Shown here one piece after another: positions 46,418-56,922 of a DNA stretch of 64,000 nucleotides. Both the position numbers and the translations under genes were made by a program. Source of the stretch: Candidatus Poribacteria bacterium (GTDB lineage: Bacteria > Poribacteria > WGA-4E > PCPOR2b); contig OZ242036.1 in the NCBI GenBank assembly GCA_965205075.1, positions 6,285,354 through 6,349,353 on the forward strand, given 5' to 3'. Within the stretch, counting starts at the first letter, position 1. Each line of letters begins with the position of its first letter. The notes beneath the pieces were generated by a model. That model had not been told where the DNA came from. It saw nothing but the letters and a program-made list of their open reading frames with translations, and searched no databases.

Positions 46418-47413
46418 TTACGGTTCTGTTTCAGGTTCGGCGGGAGCGTCACTATCATCAGACGATTCGCTTTCTGCTTCCTCTTCGACCTCCACCGGTG
46501 TATCGGGGATTCGATCTGAAAAAGTCTTGACCTCCGCCTGTTCGTGGAGTCGGATTAGCCAATCGGTCATAAGTTCTTCACGCTTCTGATTTTCTACGTG
46601 TCTTTCCACATTGCGTCGTACACTGTTTTCGTCAAGTGTCTGTTGGCGTTCCGGCTGGACTTCCTCCTTACGAAAGATTAGGTAATAGTTTTCTTCATCA
46701 AGTTCGATATGGAGAATCTCCTCGTTCATTTGACCGACTTCCAACTCAAACGCCGCGTCGCTAAAAGGTTTTGCGCGCCGTGCATACATGGTGTTATCGA
46801 AAAAATCGGTGTCACCGGGGATTTCGTTATTTGATCCCGGACCGACTAATTCCCCATTTGCGGATAGCTCTGCAGCTAGGTCAGCGATGGCTTCCCCATC
46901 TTTGATTCGTTGAAAGACTTCCTTTGCTCGCTCCTCATCTTGGATGGTTATGCAGGTCAGTCGTACCTTTTCCGGCACGACATAATCCGCTTTATTTTCT
47001 TCATAATAGAGCTGGTAATCTTCCTCGGTCAGTTTAAGTTTCTGATCTACTTCGACTTCTGTGATCTTGTCGACGAGCAGTTCGTGGTAATAGTCCTGCA
47101 CTTTTTTCAGAACCCCAGGATCCTCATCAAGTTTCCGATCCTTGGCAAGGCAAAGTATAAGACGACTCTCCGCCATTAGGTTCATATATTCTTTATATCC
47201 ATCCTCTGCTTCTTGATACTGTGCCTGTTTATAGGTAGGAAGTTCACTTATCTCCTGTAGCATCTCTTCGAGCGTGATATAGTGTTTTCCATTCCATTCA
47301 AATTCAGCAATCACAGTGCCTTCGGCTCCGGCTTTTCCGCCACAACCATTCAACGAAACGCTAACGGCAACGGCACCGATTAAGATAAAACTAATAATTC
47401 CCAATAATTTCAC
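46418..47413 (-). CDS. PpiC/PrsA-type parvulin foldase, probable lipoprotein
   Basis: Lipobox-like LNGC, YYEENK..Y..PEKVR, PGDTDFF, FSDAAFEL. Confidence 0.8.
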   Translation of the reverse strand: MKLLGIISFILIGAVAVSVSLNGCGGKAGAEGTVIAEFEWNGKHYITLEEMLQEISELPTYKQAQYQEAEDGYKEYMNLMAESRLILCLAKDRKLDEDPGVLKKVQDYYHELLVDKITEVEVDQKLKLTEEDYQLYYEENKADYVVPEKVRLTCITIQDEERAKEVFQRIKDGEAIADLAAELSANGELVGPGSNNEIPGDTDFFDNTMYARRAKPFSDAAFELEVGQMNEEILHIELDEENYYLIFRKEEVQPERQQTLDENSVRRNVERHVENQKREELMTDWLIRLHEQAEVKTFSDRIPDTPVEVEEEAESESSDDSDAPAEPETEP

Positions 47414-47517
47414 AGTTATACCTCCTTAAATTTTGCGTGATATATAGTTGTTCGATTGTTGCAATTATCTGTCAGCCAATTTCTGAACGCGATAGTTCCA
47501 TCCAATGTTGCGTTCCA

Positions 47518-48480
47518 CTACTGCTCCGATTTTTCATTTTCCGGATCTTCTTCCTCTTCGGGCATCACGGGTGGTGGGAGCAGTTCTGGATACGTTTTGA
47601 GTTTGCCCTCGACAGTAAGCACTTCCAACCATTCTAGGATACGCTTCCGCTTCATTTCACGTTTTAGGGGATACTCAAGTCGAGGTTTAACCTCTTCAAA
47701 GGTCTGTTGGCGTTCTGGCTGATGCTCTTCCTTTCGGAAAATCATGTAATAGATATCCTCTTCGACCTCCTGCTCAAAAACTTCTTCGGTCATTTCGCCA
47801 ACTTCCATTGCAAAAACCGTGTCTACAAATGCTTGGGCTCGTGCAGAAACGTCTCGAGCAAAGTAGCCGGTGTCACCGGGATCCCCCGGATTTGAACCAG
47901 GTCCTGTCAATAGGTCTTTTTCCGCAAGTTCTTTCACTGCATCAAAGATATCCTTGCCGGCTTGAATTTCCTCCAATGTTGTTTGTGCGAGTTCCTTATC
48001 CAACAGCGTGATGGAGGTTGCTCGCACTTTTTCCTCCTCCACATAGGTATCTTTATTTTCTTCGTAATACTGCCGAAGTGTTTCCTCGTTGATGATGATT
48101 TTTTCGTCAACCTCAACTTCGGTTAAGCGTTCAACCATCAGTTGATGCTTATAATCGTCCCCTTTTTTAAGGAACTCCTCATTTTTATCGAATCCTGCTT
48201 CAGCAGCTGCGAGGAGTATTAGTTTTTGGTTGATCAAATCTTCCAGAAATATGAGTTTACCCGCTTTGGACTGATAGCCTTTCTGTTTATGTGCCGATAA
48301 CTCTGCTATTTCCGCATTAAGTGTTGCGAGCGAAATTTCGTGTATGCCGTTCCATTCGTACCGAGCCACAATAATTTGGCTGTCATCCATTGGTCCGGCA
48401 ACATCTTGCGATTCCGATGAATCGGGACTACTCAAACCGATCGCCACAGTCACGACGAAAATTATCAATATTTTTTTCAT
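47518..48480 (-). CDS. PpiC/PrsA-type parvulin foldase (paralogue of neighbour)
   Basis: Signal peptide MKKILII, YYEENKD.Y.EEEKVRA, PGDTGYF, TFEEVK. Confidence 0.8.
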   Translation of the reverse strand: MKKILIIFVVTVAIGLSSPDSSESQDVAGPMDDSQIIVARYEWNGIHEISLATLNAEIAELSAHKQKGYQSKAGKLIFLEDLINQKLILLAAAEAGFDKNEEFLKKGDDYKHQLMVERLTEVEVDEKIIINEETLRQYYEENKDTYVEEEKVRATSITLLDKELAQTTLEEIQAGKDIFDAVKELAEKDLLTGPGSNPGDPGDTGYFARDVSARAQAFVDTVFAMEVGEMTEEVFEQEVEEDIYYMIFRKEEHQPERQQTFEEVKPRLEYPLKREMKRKRILEWLEVLTVEGKLKTYPELLPPPVMPEEEEDPENEKSEQ

Positions 48481-48609
48481 TGTGTATATCGTTCCTTTCT
48501 GTAAGTGGATTGCAAAGACACCGTCTTCGCAGTTAAGGGTGGATTCATATTGAAAAGGTACGTATGCAAATACGTATGCTTCACAAGCACCGTTAATAGA
48601 CATCACATT

Positions 48610-51600
48610 TTACATTAATTTCCCCAAGATATGCTTGAGCTCAAGCAAGAGTGCTTTTCCTTCCAATCCTTTCAAGCGGATCGTCATGCGTGCAGGGGGC
48701 GTAATCGAGATTCGCCGGTCCTGTTCAATCAGTCGAATCAGTTTATGGGGATCAAGGCTTGTTTTCGCTTCATCAAATGTGATTTTGATGCTTTCCTCGC
48801 CTGCGGCGATTCCATCAACCCCAAGCTGTTGGCTGAGTTGTTTTAAGTCGGCGATTTCGAGGAGCATCTCAACCGGTTCGGGGATTTTTCCATACCGGTC
48901 GACCATCTCCTCTTCAAGTTCTTTCCGATCTACTACCGTTTCTAGGGCAGCGATCTTTTTATAAAGTGTAACCTTCTGACGGCTGTCGGGGACATACTCA
49001 TCAGGCAGATAGGCTTCAATGGGAAGGTTAATCCGGGTTTTGACCGTTTCTACGATCTCCTCACCTTTGAGTTTTTGTACCGCTTCCTCAAGGAGTTCGC
49101 AGTACATGTCGTAACCCACGGCGATGATATGACCGTGCTGTTCTGAACCGAGGATATTGCCTGTTCCCCGAATTTCAAGATCGCGGAGGGCAATCTTAAA
49201 CCCGGAGCCGAGGTCAGTAAATTCTTCAATGACACGCAGGCGTTTTTGGGCACCTTCTGTAATTGCCCATCCTTGTGGGTAGAACAGATAGCCGTAAGCC
49301 TGATATTGATCGCGACCGACTCGTCCGCGTAACTGGTAAAGTTGGGCTAACCCAAATGCGTCTGCACGATTGATCAGAATCGTGTTGACGGTTGGAATAT
49401 CCACGCCGGACTCAATAATCATGGTACAAACCAAAACGTCATATTTGTGGTTGATGAATTCCATCATCACTTTTTCGAGTTGACGTTCGGGCATTTGCCC
49501 GTGTGCCATACAGACTCTAGCGTGTGGTACGAGATCTTGGATTGTGGCAGCAATGCTTGCGATACTCTGGACACGGTTGTGAACAAAAAAGATCTGTCCG
49601 CCCCGTTCCATTTCTCGCAAGATCGCATCTCGAACCACGTCGGGATTATACTCCATGACATAAGTTTCAATTGGCAGGCGATTTTCCGGGGGCGTATTGA
49701 TTACGCTGAAGTCGCGGATGCCGACGAGGGACATATGAAGTGTACGCGGAATCGGTGTTGCTGTCAAGGTTAATACGTCAACCGTCTGCTTCATCTGTTT
49801 AATCTTTTCTTTGTGCTTTACGCCGAAACGATGTTCTTCGTCAACTACGAGCAAGCCGAGTTCCCGGAACTTAATATTTTTTGAGAGCAGGGCGTGGGTT
49901 CCGATAACAATATCGACTGTGCCATTTGCCAGTCCCTCCACAACTTTTTTCGCCTCTTTATCTGTTCGGAAGCGATTCAGCATTTCTACCTGAACGGGAA
50001 AGGGAGCAAAACGCTGCTGGAATGTATTAAAGTGTTGCAGCGTAAGAATTGTGGTTGGAGCAAGCAGGGCGACCTGTTTTCCTGCCATCACCGATTTGAA
50101 CGCGGCACGGAGTGCGACTTCGGTCTTTCCGTATCCGACATCTCCGCAAATTAGTCGATCCATAGGACGAAGGCGTTCCATGTCCCGTTTGACCTCTTCG
50201 ATTGCCTTTTGCTGATCCGGGGTTTCTTCATAAGGGAACAGTACCTCAAACTCTTTCTGCCAAGGAGTATCTGTTGAGAAGGCATAACCCTCTCGGGATT
50301 CACGGATCGCATACAATTCCAGCAATTCCTCCGCCATCTGCTCTATGGAGGCTTTGGCTTTGGCTTTAACCCGTTCCCATGACGTTCCACCGATTTTGTC
50401 TAGACGTATCCGGCTCTCCTCTTGTCCACCAATATACTTCTGCACAAGATCAATTTGATAGGTCGGAACATACAACCGACCTGCGTCGGCATAGTCTAGC
50501 GCGAGGAAGTCCTGCGGTTTCCCATCAATGTCGAGGCGACGAATACCTGCGTAGCGACCGATTCCGTGTGAGACATGCACCACATAATCCTTTTCCTTGA
50601 GGTCAATTAGACTTAGGATAGGAGTTCCTTCCTTAAAGGAGGTCTTGCGGTGCCGACGATGCTCGCGTCCAAACAACTCATCCTCAGACAGTGTGATGAG
50701 CTTAAGGGTTTCATTGATAAATCCCTCGCTGATGCTGCCAATGTTCACCGCTGTCTGGGTTGCAGGTAAATCTCTATCTGCCAAGATATTGTGTAGCCGA
50801 TCTGCGCTCTTCGGATTATCACAGAAGAAGTTGACGAAATAGCCCTCGTCAGTCCACCCCTTGATCTGATCCATAATCATCCGATAATTGCTGCGTGGCA
50901 GCCCGAGCGGACGCATACCGAAAGGAATCTCCTCAACCGGGTCCTCTGTATTGAGTGCTGGCGGAGTCAACGACGTGCGAACGAAGGGATACGCCTGCAA
51001 AGCGGATATTACCCCTTCAAACGGCACAAATGTCTCATCGGGTGACACCATAAACTGATCAAACGCTAGTTTTCTTTCATAAAGATCTTTCGTATTTTCG
51101 ATAAGTTGAGTCGCCTCACGTGCCATCCACGCTGGCTCAATCATGAGAACGATCGTCTGGGAGGATAGATAATCCATGAGGGTACTAGTCTCTTCATATA
51201 GCATGGGAAGTAAGGCTTCTAGTCCCTCCGGATTTCTTTCTGTTTCGAGACGGTGCGTAATCTCGTTGACTGCGTTTCGATACTTAGGCGATTCGTTGTT
51301 GTGAATCAGTGTTTCCGCGCGGGTTTTCCACAGATCGAGGGTTTTGGGGGACAGGATAATTTCTCGAACTGGACACAGTGTTATTGCTTCCGGCTCGTCA
51401 TCAATTCCATCGGTAACAGAGCGTTGTGAAGCCGGGTCAAACAACCGAATAGCGTCGATTTCGTCGCCGAAGAACTCAATCCGGATGGGTGCATCGGTGG
51501 TCAACGGGTAAACGTCCAGAATGTCACCACGACGGGCTAATTCGCCCTTGACTTCTACGAGATCTACGCGCTGATAACCGTTGTGCACCAGTTGTTCAAC

Positions 51601-52125
51601 CACTTTGTCGGGGGCAATCTCATCGCCGATGCGGAGGGTTAGAAAGGCAGATTCTACAATCGATTGGGGCAGGATCCTATGCATCAATGCTTGGATCGAT
51701 GTAACAATGAACGTGCGGTCTCCCCCGATTGCATCGGGATTTGAAGCAACCTGCAACAGTTGATACAAACAGATCAGCCGTTCTGCAACAACATTTTTTG
51801 TTGGGGGAATACCGTCATAAAGGAAATTCTGCCATTGTGGAAAGAGATGGGGTTCTTCAAAATGATAGGCGGGCAGATCTTGGACGATTTTCTCAGCTTC
51901 GTGCTGCGTGGGCACGACGACGAGGAAGGATTTGTCAGCGAAATCGGCTGCCAATGCACTGAGCAGGTAAGCAGTAGACGCGCCATGCAAGCCCCGCAAC
52001 CAAGGTTCGGGGCGATTTATTTGCTGATTTATTGAGGTTTGGGCACACTTCGACCCTGAAAACTGAGCGGTCAGGGTTTCAACAAGCGATTGATAGGTAT
52101 TTGACTGCTGCAGAAGATCTATCAC
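48610..52125 (-). CDS. mfd: Transcription-repair coupling factor
   Basis: RGDILDVYP, CarD/RID VVHVSHGIG, GDVGYGKTEVA, DEEHRFG, QLRGRVGR, RDLEIRG. Confidence 0.97.
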   Translation of the reverse strand: MIDLLQQSNTYQSLVETLTAQFSGSKCAQTSINQQINRPEPWLRGLHGASTAYLLSALAADFADKSFLVVVPTQHEAEKIVQDLPAYHFEEPHLFPQWQNFLYDGIPPTKNVVAERLICLYQLLQVASNPDAIGGDRTFIVTSIQALMHRILPQSIVESAFLTLRIGDEIAPDKVVEQLVHNGYQRVDLVEVKGELARRGDILDVYPLTTDAPIRIEFFGDEIDAIRLFDPASQRSVTDGIDDEPEAITLCPVREIILSPKTLDLWKTRAETLIHNNESPKYRNAVNEITHRLETERNPEGLEALLPMLYEETSTLMDYLSSQTIVLMIEPAWMAREATQLIENTKDLYERKLAFDQFMVSPDETFVPFEGVISALQAYPFVRTSLTPPALNTEDPVEEIPFGMRPLGLPRSNYRMIMDQIKGWTDEGYFVNFFCDNPKSADRLHNILADRDLPATQTAVNIGSISEGFINETLKLITLSEDELFGREHRRHRKTSFKEGTPILSLIDLKEKDYVVHVSHGIGRYAGIRRLDIDGKPQDFLALDYADAGRLYVPTYQIDLVQKYIGGQEESRIRLDKIGGTSWERVKAKAKASIEQMAEELLELYAIRESREGYAFSTDTPWQKEFEVLFPYEETPDQQKAIEEVKRDMERLRPMDRLICGDVGYGKTEVALRAAFKSVMAGKQVALLAPTTILTLQHFNTFQQRFAPFPVQVEMLNRFRTDKEAKKVVEGLANGTVDIVIGTHALLSKNIKFRELGLLVVDEEHRFGVKHKEKIKQMKQTVDVLTLTATPIPRTLHMSLVGIRDFSVINTPPENRLPIETYVMEYNPDVVRDAILREMERGGQIFFVHNRVQSIASIAATIQDLVPHARVCMAHGQMPERQLEKVMMEFINHKYDVLVCTMIIESGVDIPTVNTILINRADAFGLAQLYQLRGRVGRDQYQAYGYLFYPQGWAITEGAQKRLRVIEEFTDLGSGFKIALRDLEIRGTGNILGSEQHGHIIAVGYDMYCELLEEAVQKLKGEEIVETVKTRINLPIEAYLPDEYVPDSRQKVTLYKKIAALETVVDRKELEEEMVDRYGKIPEPVEMLLEIADLKQLSQQLGVDGIAAGEESIKITFDEAKTSLDPHKLIRLIEQDRRISITPPARMTIRLKGLEGKALLLELKHILGKLM
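51722..51753 (-). repeat. In-frame palindromic micro-element inside mfd (QVASNPDAIGG)
   Basis: CAGGTTGCTTCAAATCCCGATGCAATCGGGGG. Confidence 0.6.
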
Positions 52126-52134
52126 GTTCCTTCT

Positions 52135-52947
52135 CTAATCCAAGAAATCAATTTTTTCCAATGCGCCGACCAGCTTGCCGATACGCGGGGTTTCGGCTTC
52201 GATTCTGACGGGAATACGGCGCTCATCGTTCGTGAGCCACATCAGATAGCCGTGTGAGGTGCGTAGCACCAATGTTTCCACACGTCCTAATGCCTTGGTT
52301 TTTATCATTTCACGACGACGGACTTCAAGGGTAACATGTTCGCACTTATCCTTGATTAGCACCGGAAGTTTGTAGGTCTGGCCCACCTTTAACTGCTTTG
52401 AACGCAGGAAGTAAAGCATCGACAAATCGTCCTGTATACCGAGTGGGATGTTCAAAGGCTTGTTATCTGTGTTTTTAGTGTATTGCGCCGTTTCTTTGTC
52501 GTGATCAAAATCAACTTCGACGTGCGCCCGATATTTCTGATCTTCTAAATCTCTAACATATTTCAGTGGGTATAGCTGATCGGTTGTGACGTAACTTTCT
52601 GTTTGGTCATGGAAATGGTACAACTTTCCAAGAAGACTCCCGGTCTGCCTTTCCGATCTGAAACGATAGACCGGACGGTCTGCCAGCATTGTTTTTTCAA
52701 CGACCTTTGTCACCTGTGTTCCGGCAGGCAATCCTTTAATTTTGACGCTGTAGGTCAATACCTCGCCAATCTGAATAGGATCCTGATCTAGATTTTTCGT
52801 ATCAAGCAATGAATAGGTTGCTGAAATAGCTAGAGAGAAGGTCAGAAAGATGAAACAACTAACAAACAGGATTTGAATAATTCGCACAGTGCAGATTTCC
52901 TTGTCTAATGAAACCTTCGAGATGTTCATTTGAGGTCTGAGATGCAC
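52135..52947 (-). CDS. DUF3108-domain exported protein
   Basis: GEVLTYSV, QDDLSMLYFLR, MWLTNDERRIPVRI. Start uncertain. Confidence 0.75.
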   Translation of the reverse strand: MHLRPQMNISKVSLDKEICTVRIIQILFVSCFIFLTFSLAISATYSLLDTKNLDQDPIQIGEVLTYSVKIKGLPAGTQVTKVVEKTMLADRPVYRFRSERQTGSLLGKLYHFHDQTESYVTTDQLYPLKYVRDLEDQKYRAHVEVDFDHDKETAQYTKNTDNKPLNIPLGIQDDLSMLYFLRSKQLKVGQTYKLPVLIKDKCEHVTLEVRRREMIKTKALGRVETLVLRTSHGYLMWLTNDERRIPVRIEAETPRIGKLVGALEKIDFLD

Positions 52948-53036
52948 AACAAATGGCTGGTTTCACATCAAAAAATTATAAGTTATTGAGTAGATTCCTC
53001 TTCGAGGGGGATCGCCTAACTGCGTGTATACACTCG

Positions 53037-53714
53037 CTAAAAACGGTGGTTGACTGTTAAATAAGGTTCTCCATACACACTTTGTTGCGCGTGCACTGGA
53101 AATCTTCGTTTATTATACTCATCAACTGTTTTGGCTGCATCAAAAATATTCCAGATGTAGACACCAATTCCGCTTGCCAGAAAGAGCATCCCAAATTGAA
53201 CATGACCGCGCGCCTTGACACGCCCTTGATCCACTGTCAGAAAGTTGTCGCTATACGGGTCGTCAAATCCACCTTCCCCTTCCGCTCCCATGAAACGATT
53301 TGAACGGTCATGGTAGGTTACGGCACGGTCCACATGGAATCCTCCCACCGCTATCAATCCAATTCCGGCAGCCAGAAAGGCTAAGCCCCTCGCAGGACGG
53401 TCGGAATAGGCTTGTCCTAAACCGGGCAACGTTGCCGACAGAAGTGTCGCTGTTCGAGCGGTTTTCGGGGGATAGTACTTCGATGCATGTGGCCGGTAAA
53501 GGGGATAATCTAGCGAATCCGTTTGACTATTCGGGTCGCGGGGCAGGACGCTTCCCTTCATACTTGGGGCGGTTGATGAGGCTTCGGTATCCACGTTCAC
53601 TTGGGTTCCTGTTAGAACGGTAGATGTCTCATCGTCAGTTGATTCAGCCAATATAGTATTCCAACTTGTCGCGAAACTGACAAAGGCAATAAGAATAAAA
53701 AGAGACTTTTTCAT
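53037..53714 (-). CDS. Exported/membrane protein (DUF5683-like)
   Basis: Signal peptide; ATLLSATLPGLGQAY; YIWNIFDA. Confidence 0.65.
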   Translation of the reverse strand: MKKSLFILIAFVSFATSWNTILAESTDDETSTVLTGTQVNVDTEASSTAPSMKGSVLPRDPNSQTDSLDYPLYRPHASKYYPPKTARTATLLSATLPGLGQAYSDRPARGLAFLAAGIGLIAVGGFHVDRAVTYHDRSNRFMGAEGEGGFDDPYSDNFLTVDQGRVKARGHVQFGMLFLASGIGVYIWNIFDAAKTVDEYNKRRFPVHAQQSVYGEPYLTVNHRF

Positions 53715-53728
53715 TTTTGTGCGATTCC

Positions 53729-54577
53729 CTATCTACTTAATTGATTGGTTCCATGGGCGGCAGGGGCAAGTTGTGGGTTGCCGGTATCTATTTGGTACGC
53801 CCAATCAAAGGTGATCGCCGTATCGGAAACAACGACGACATGAATTTTAGCGTAGTTTCCGTCGGGTGTCAATAGCGCATACACATGCCCCCCAATAAGT
53901 TCGATAAAGTCAGTTACGAAGCCTCGAACGGGCGAAACATCTACTTCGTCAAAGTATTCATGATAACCCATGTCTTGCATTTCTGTGAGGTTATCCGAAT
54001 AGAGATACCGAATATTGGACTCTGGATCAAACCCAAAATAGATGTCGGTAACAGGTGAATCCCAATTAATAGCTCCCCTTGCGTGCTGCGAAAAGTCAAA
54101 TCCGCTTCGGTTAGGAACTAGACTAAAGTCATTCAGGGTTATGTTATTTCCTGATGGACGCGGCGTATCAAAGACCTGTTCTGGGCTCAATTCGCTTTCA
54201 TTGCCATCATAATCAAGAGCAGTGATAGCATAGGAGTAATTGCGCCCGTTGATGACCTCCTCATCTACAAAACTCAACCTATCCACATCGGCGTCAGAGG
54301 AATTTGATGAAACCTCTGCAAGCAGGTCAAATTCTTCATTGCCATCATCGTCACGCCAGATATTATACCCGGCGAGATCGGCTTCGCCATTCGGGAACCA
54401 TTCAACTGTCACTTGACCGTCACCGGTGATGCTCCTCACGCCTCTTGGTGTCGCCGGTGGCTCGGTGTCTACATGAACGGGTCTATCGTCATCATCAGAG
54501 CCACAACCTAAAATCAAACACGATGGGGTTATTGCAAAAAGAAATGCGATGATAAATCGGTGTATTTGCGTCAACAT
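53729..54577 (-). CDS. Lipoprotein with fibronectin type III domain
   Basis: Lipobox ILGC; PPATP..GDGQVTVEW..DLAGYNIWR..YSYAITALD..GNES. Confidence 0.8.
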   Translation of the reverse strand: MLTQIHRFIIAFLFAITPSCLILGCGSDDDDRPVHVDTEPPATPRGVRSITGDGQVTVEWFPNGEADLAGYNIWRDDDGNEEFDLLAEVSSNSSDADVDRLSFVDEEVINGRNYSYAITALDYDGNESELSPEQVFDTPRPSGNNITLNDFSLVPNRSGFDFSQHARGAINWDSPVTDIYFGFDPESNIRYLYSDNLTEMQDMGYHEYFDEVDVSPVRGFVTDFIELIGGHVYALLTPDGNYAKIHVVVVSDTAITFDWAYQIDTGNPQLAPAAHGTNQLSR

Positions 54578-54701
54578 GAGCTTTCTCCTTCTAATTATCA
54601 GTCATTGTCAAAGCTTCTCAATTCAACGAGAGCATTTTCGGAGCACTGATACTGATTATGAAGTTTTCTGAAATCAGAAACCATTACGTCAAGATTCTAT
54701 G

Positions 54702-54716
54702 GCAAACTTTGTGCCA
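54702..54716 (-). promoter_or_regulatory. sigma54 (-24/-12) promoter
   Basis: Minus strand TGGCAC-AAAGT-TTGC, ~125 nt upstream of the FN3 lipoprotein gene. Confidence 0.65.
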
Positions 54717-55064
54717 GCTTTAGAAGGGAGAGAGTCGGGCAATAATAAAAGGCATAAAGCATATCTACAAAATAACCGTGATATCGTGGCATTTCACTAT
54801 TATCTGGGTTTTTGTGCACTTCTGAACATCTAGGGACTTCAAAAAACTTTAGACGCTGTTACTCTGGCTTAGTTGAGTTGTTTTTGATACCCGATTGTTG
54901 TAATTTTGCAACAGCGAAATTCGATTCTTCTCGTATTTCGGAACAAAACCGCAAAATAATATCACAAATGACTGTGTTCTTCAAGGATGAATTTCGTTCT
55001 ATTTCGGGTAGGACACAATGCAATAGCAGCTGCAGTTCACATGAATTGAATTCTGTATTTGGGC

Positions 55065-55093
55065 TTGACAAACATTGCCCCCAAAGGTATTAT
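55065..55093 (+). promoter_or_regulatory. sigma70 promoter for accD
   Basis: TTGACA-17 nt-TATTAT. Confidence 0.6.
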
Positions 55094-55153
55094 GTGCATA
55101 CAAATCAGCAATTCCACAAAACCATTCCCTACACAAAGATGGAGCGTACAGAC

Positions 55154-55936
55154 ATGGCAACTTCAGCGACAATAACTTGTCAAAGTTGCAGCGCAGAGAT
55201 TTCTGAGAAAGCATTTGTAGATGCACATAAGGTTTGTCCAGAATGCGGCTATCACTACCCGATGACCGCCTATGAGCGGCTTGAACTCTTAGCTGATGGG
55301 GACAGTTTTGATGAACATGATGCCGGTCTGTATTCGACTAACCCTTTAGATTTCCCAGACTATGAAGAACAACTCGCACGAGATTACGCAAAAACGGGCC
55401 TCAAGTCGGAGATTCTTACCGGCGAAGCGCGAATCGGTGGACAGTCTGTTGCAATTACGATTAGTGATTTTGGGGTTAGAGGTGGCACGATGGGAGCGGT
55501 TGTGGGAGAAAAGGTTACTCGCAATATTGAATACGCCACGCAGAACAGATTGCCCTTAATCATTGTCTCGCGGAGCGGCGGGATGCGAATGCAAGAAGGC
55601 ACACTGTCGCTGATGCAGATGGCGAAAACTTCAGCGGTTTGTGTGAAGCACGCAGAAGCGGGACTCCCTTATATCTCTGTGATGGCGGATCCAACCTTTG
55701 GCGGATCCACCGCGAGTTACGCCTCGTTGGCGCATATCATTCTCGCAGAACCGGGAGCCCGAATTGGCTTTGCTGGTCCCCTCGCTACTGCAAGTATTAA
55801 ACAGCAGCTTCCTGACAATTTCCAAAAGGCAGAATTTTTGTTGGAACACGGGATGATTGACCGGATTGTTCAGCGGAGCGAGATGCGTTCTCTGTTGATT
55901 GAACTGCTGGATTTTTGCGTGAATTTGCCGCATTGA
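55154..55936 (+). CDS. accD: Acetyl-CoA carboxylase carboxyltransferase beta subunit
   Basis: Zn finger CQSC/CPEC, GGTMG.VVGEK, SGGMRMQEG, PTFGG, FQKAEFLLEHG. Start after a GGAG RBS. Confidence 0.93.
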   Translation: MATSATITCQSCSAEISEKAFVDAHKVCPECGYHYPMTAYERLELLADGDSFDEHDAGLYSTNPLDFPDYEEQLARDYAKTGLKSEILTGEARIGGQSVAITISDFGVRGGTMGAVVGEKVTRNIEYATQNRLPLIIVSRSGGMRMQEGTLSLMQMAKTSAVCVKHAEAGLPYISVMADPTFGGSTASYASLAHIILAEPGARIGFAGPLATASIKQQLPDNFQKAEFLLEHGMIDRIVQRSEMRSLLIELLDFCVNLPH

Positions 55937-55974
55937 TCATTATGAGCGTGGCGCGTTCACTAATTCAATACAAA

Positions 55975-56075
55975 CAGGATTTACGCAAATTTGGTACACA
56001 GGGGTAGATTTTTGATTTTTAACCCCCTAAATCCCCCTTATCAGGGGGACTTTAAGAGGAAATGCGTAAGTCCTA
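55975..56075. mobile_element. MITE family A, copy 4
   Basis: CAGGATTTACGCA...TGCGTAAGTCCTA flanked by direct repeat ACAAA; internal CCCCCTTATCAGGGGG hairpin. Confidence 0.8.
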
Positions 56076-56090
56076 ACAAAGAGACATAAT

Positions 56091-56894
56091 ATGACAACCC
56101 ACAATGCAGAACAGATTAAGACAGCTGTCCGTGAACATTACGCAGGTTTGGTAGAAAGCGACGAATCCTGTTGCGCGTCTTCTAACTGCTGCGATACAGA
56201 AATCGATATTGAAACCTCTCTCACAGGGGAATCCGCAAATCAGAACGGATATACCGACGCGCAGCTTTGCAGTATCCCTACCGATGCTGTTGAAAATTCC
56301 TTCGGTTGTGGTAATCCGCTGATGTACGCTGATATTTGTGAGGGTGACGTTGTGCTTGACCTAGGCTCAGGGGCAGGCATTGATGTGCTGCTCGCGGCAC
56401 AATGCGTTGGCGAAAGCGGGAGAGCAATTGGTATCGACATGACGCCAGAGATGATCGAAAAAGCGCGAAAGAATGCGGAGGAAGCGGGCACAAAAAATGT
56501 TGAGTTTCGGCTAGGGGAAATTGAGTCAATGCCGGTTGAAGATGAAAGTGTTGATTGGGTGATCTCTAATTGCGTGATTAACCTTGCGCCGGACAAAGAT
56601 ATAGTTTTTCGGGAGGTGCATCGCGTTCTCAAACCGGGCGGGAAGTTATTGGTATCGGATATCGTTGCCAACTATCTGCCCAAGTGGTTGAGATCAACGA
56701 TTAGCAATTGGGCGAATTGCATTTCTGGGGCGTTACCTGAAGACCAATATTTGGACTCAATCCGCCGGGCGGGGTTGGAGGAAGTTCAGGTGTTTAGCAA
56801 ATCCCCTTACGCGAAAATTGGAAAGGCGGAGGTTGCGAGTATTAAGGTAGGAGCACTTAAACCAAATGACAGCCGGAACGTGCAGAGACGCTAG
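56091..56894 (+). CDS. arsM: Arsenite S-adenosylmethionine methyltransferase
   Basis: N-terminal CC..CC, SFGCGNP, LDLGSGAG, ISNCVINL, WANCISGA. Confidence 0.88.
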   Translation: MTTHNAEQIKTAVREHYAGLVESDESCCASSNCCDTEIDIETSLTGESANQNGYTDAQLCSIPTDAVENSFGCGNPLMYADICEGDVVLDLGSGAGIDVLLAAQCVGESGRAIGIDMTPEMIEKARKNAEEAGTKNVEFRLGEIESMPVEDESVDWVISNCVINLAPDKDIVFREVHRVLKPGGKLLVSDIVANYLPKWLRSTISNWANCISGALPEDQYLDSIRRAGLEEVQVFSKSPYAKIGKAEVASIKVGALKPNDSRNVQRR

Positions 56895-56922
56895 TAGATA
56901 ACGCTAACAAGAAGGTAGAAAA

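Noticed and set aside
54812-55153. 114-aa N-terminal extension of AccD in the ORF track
   Set aside because: The region contains a sigma70 promoter and has no AccD-like sequence; an RBS supports a start at 55154.
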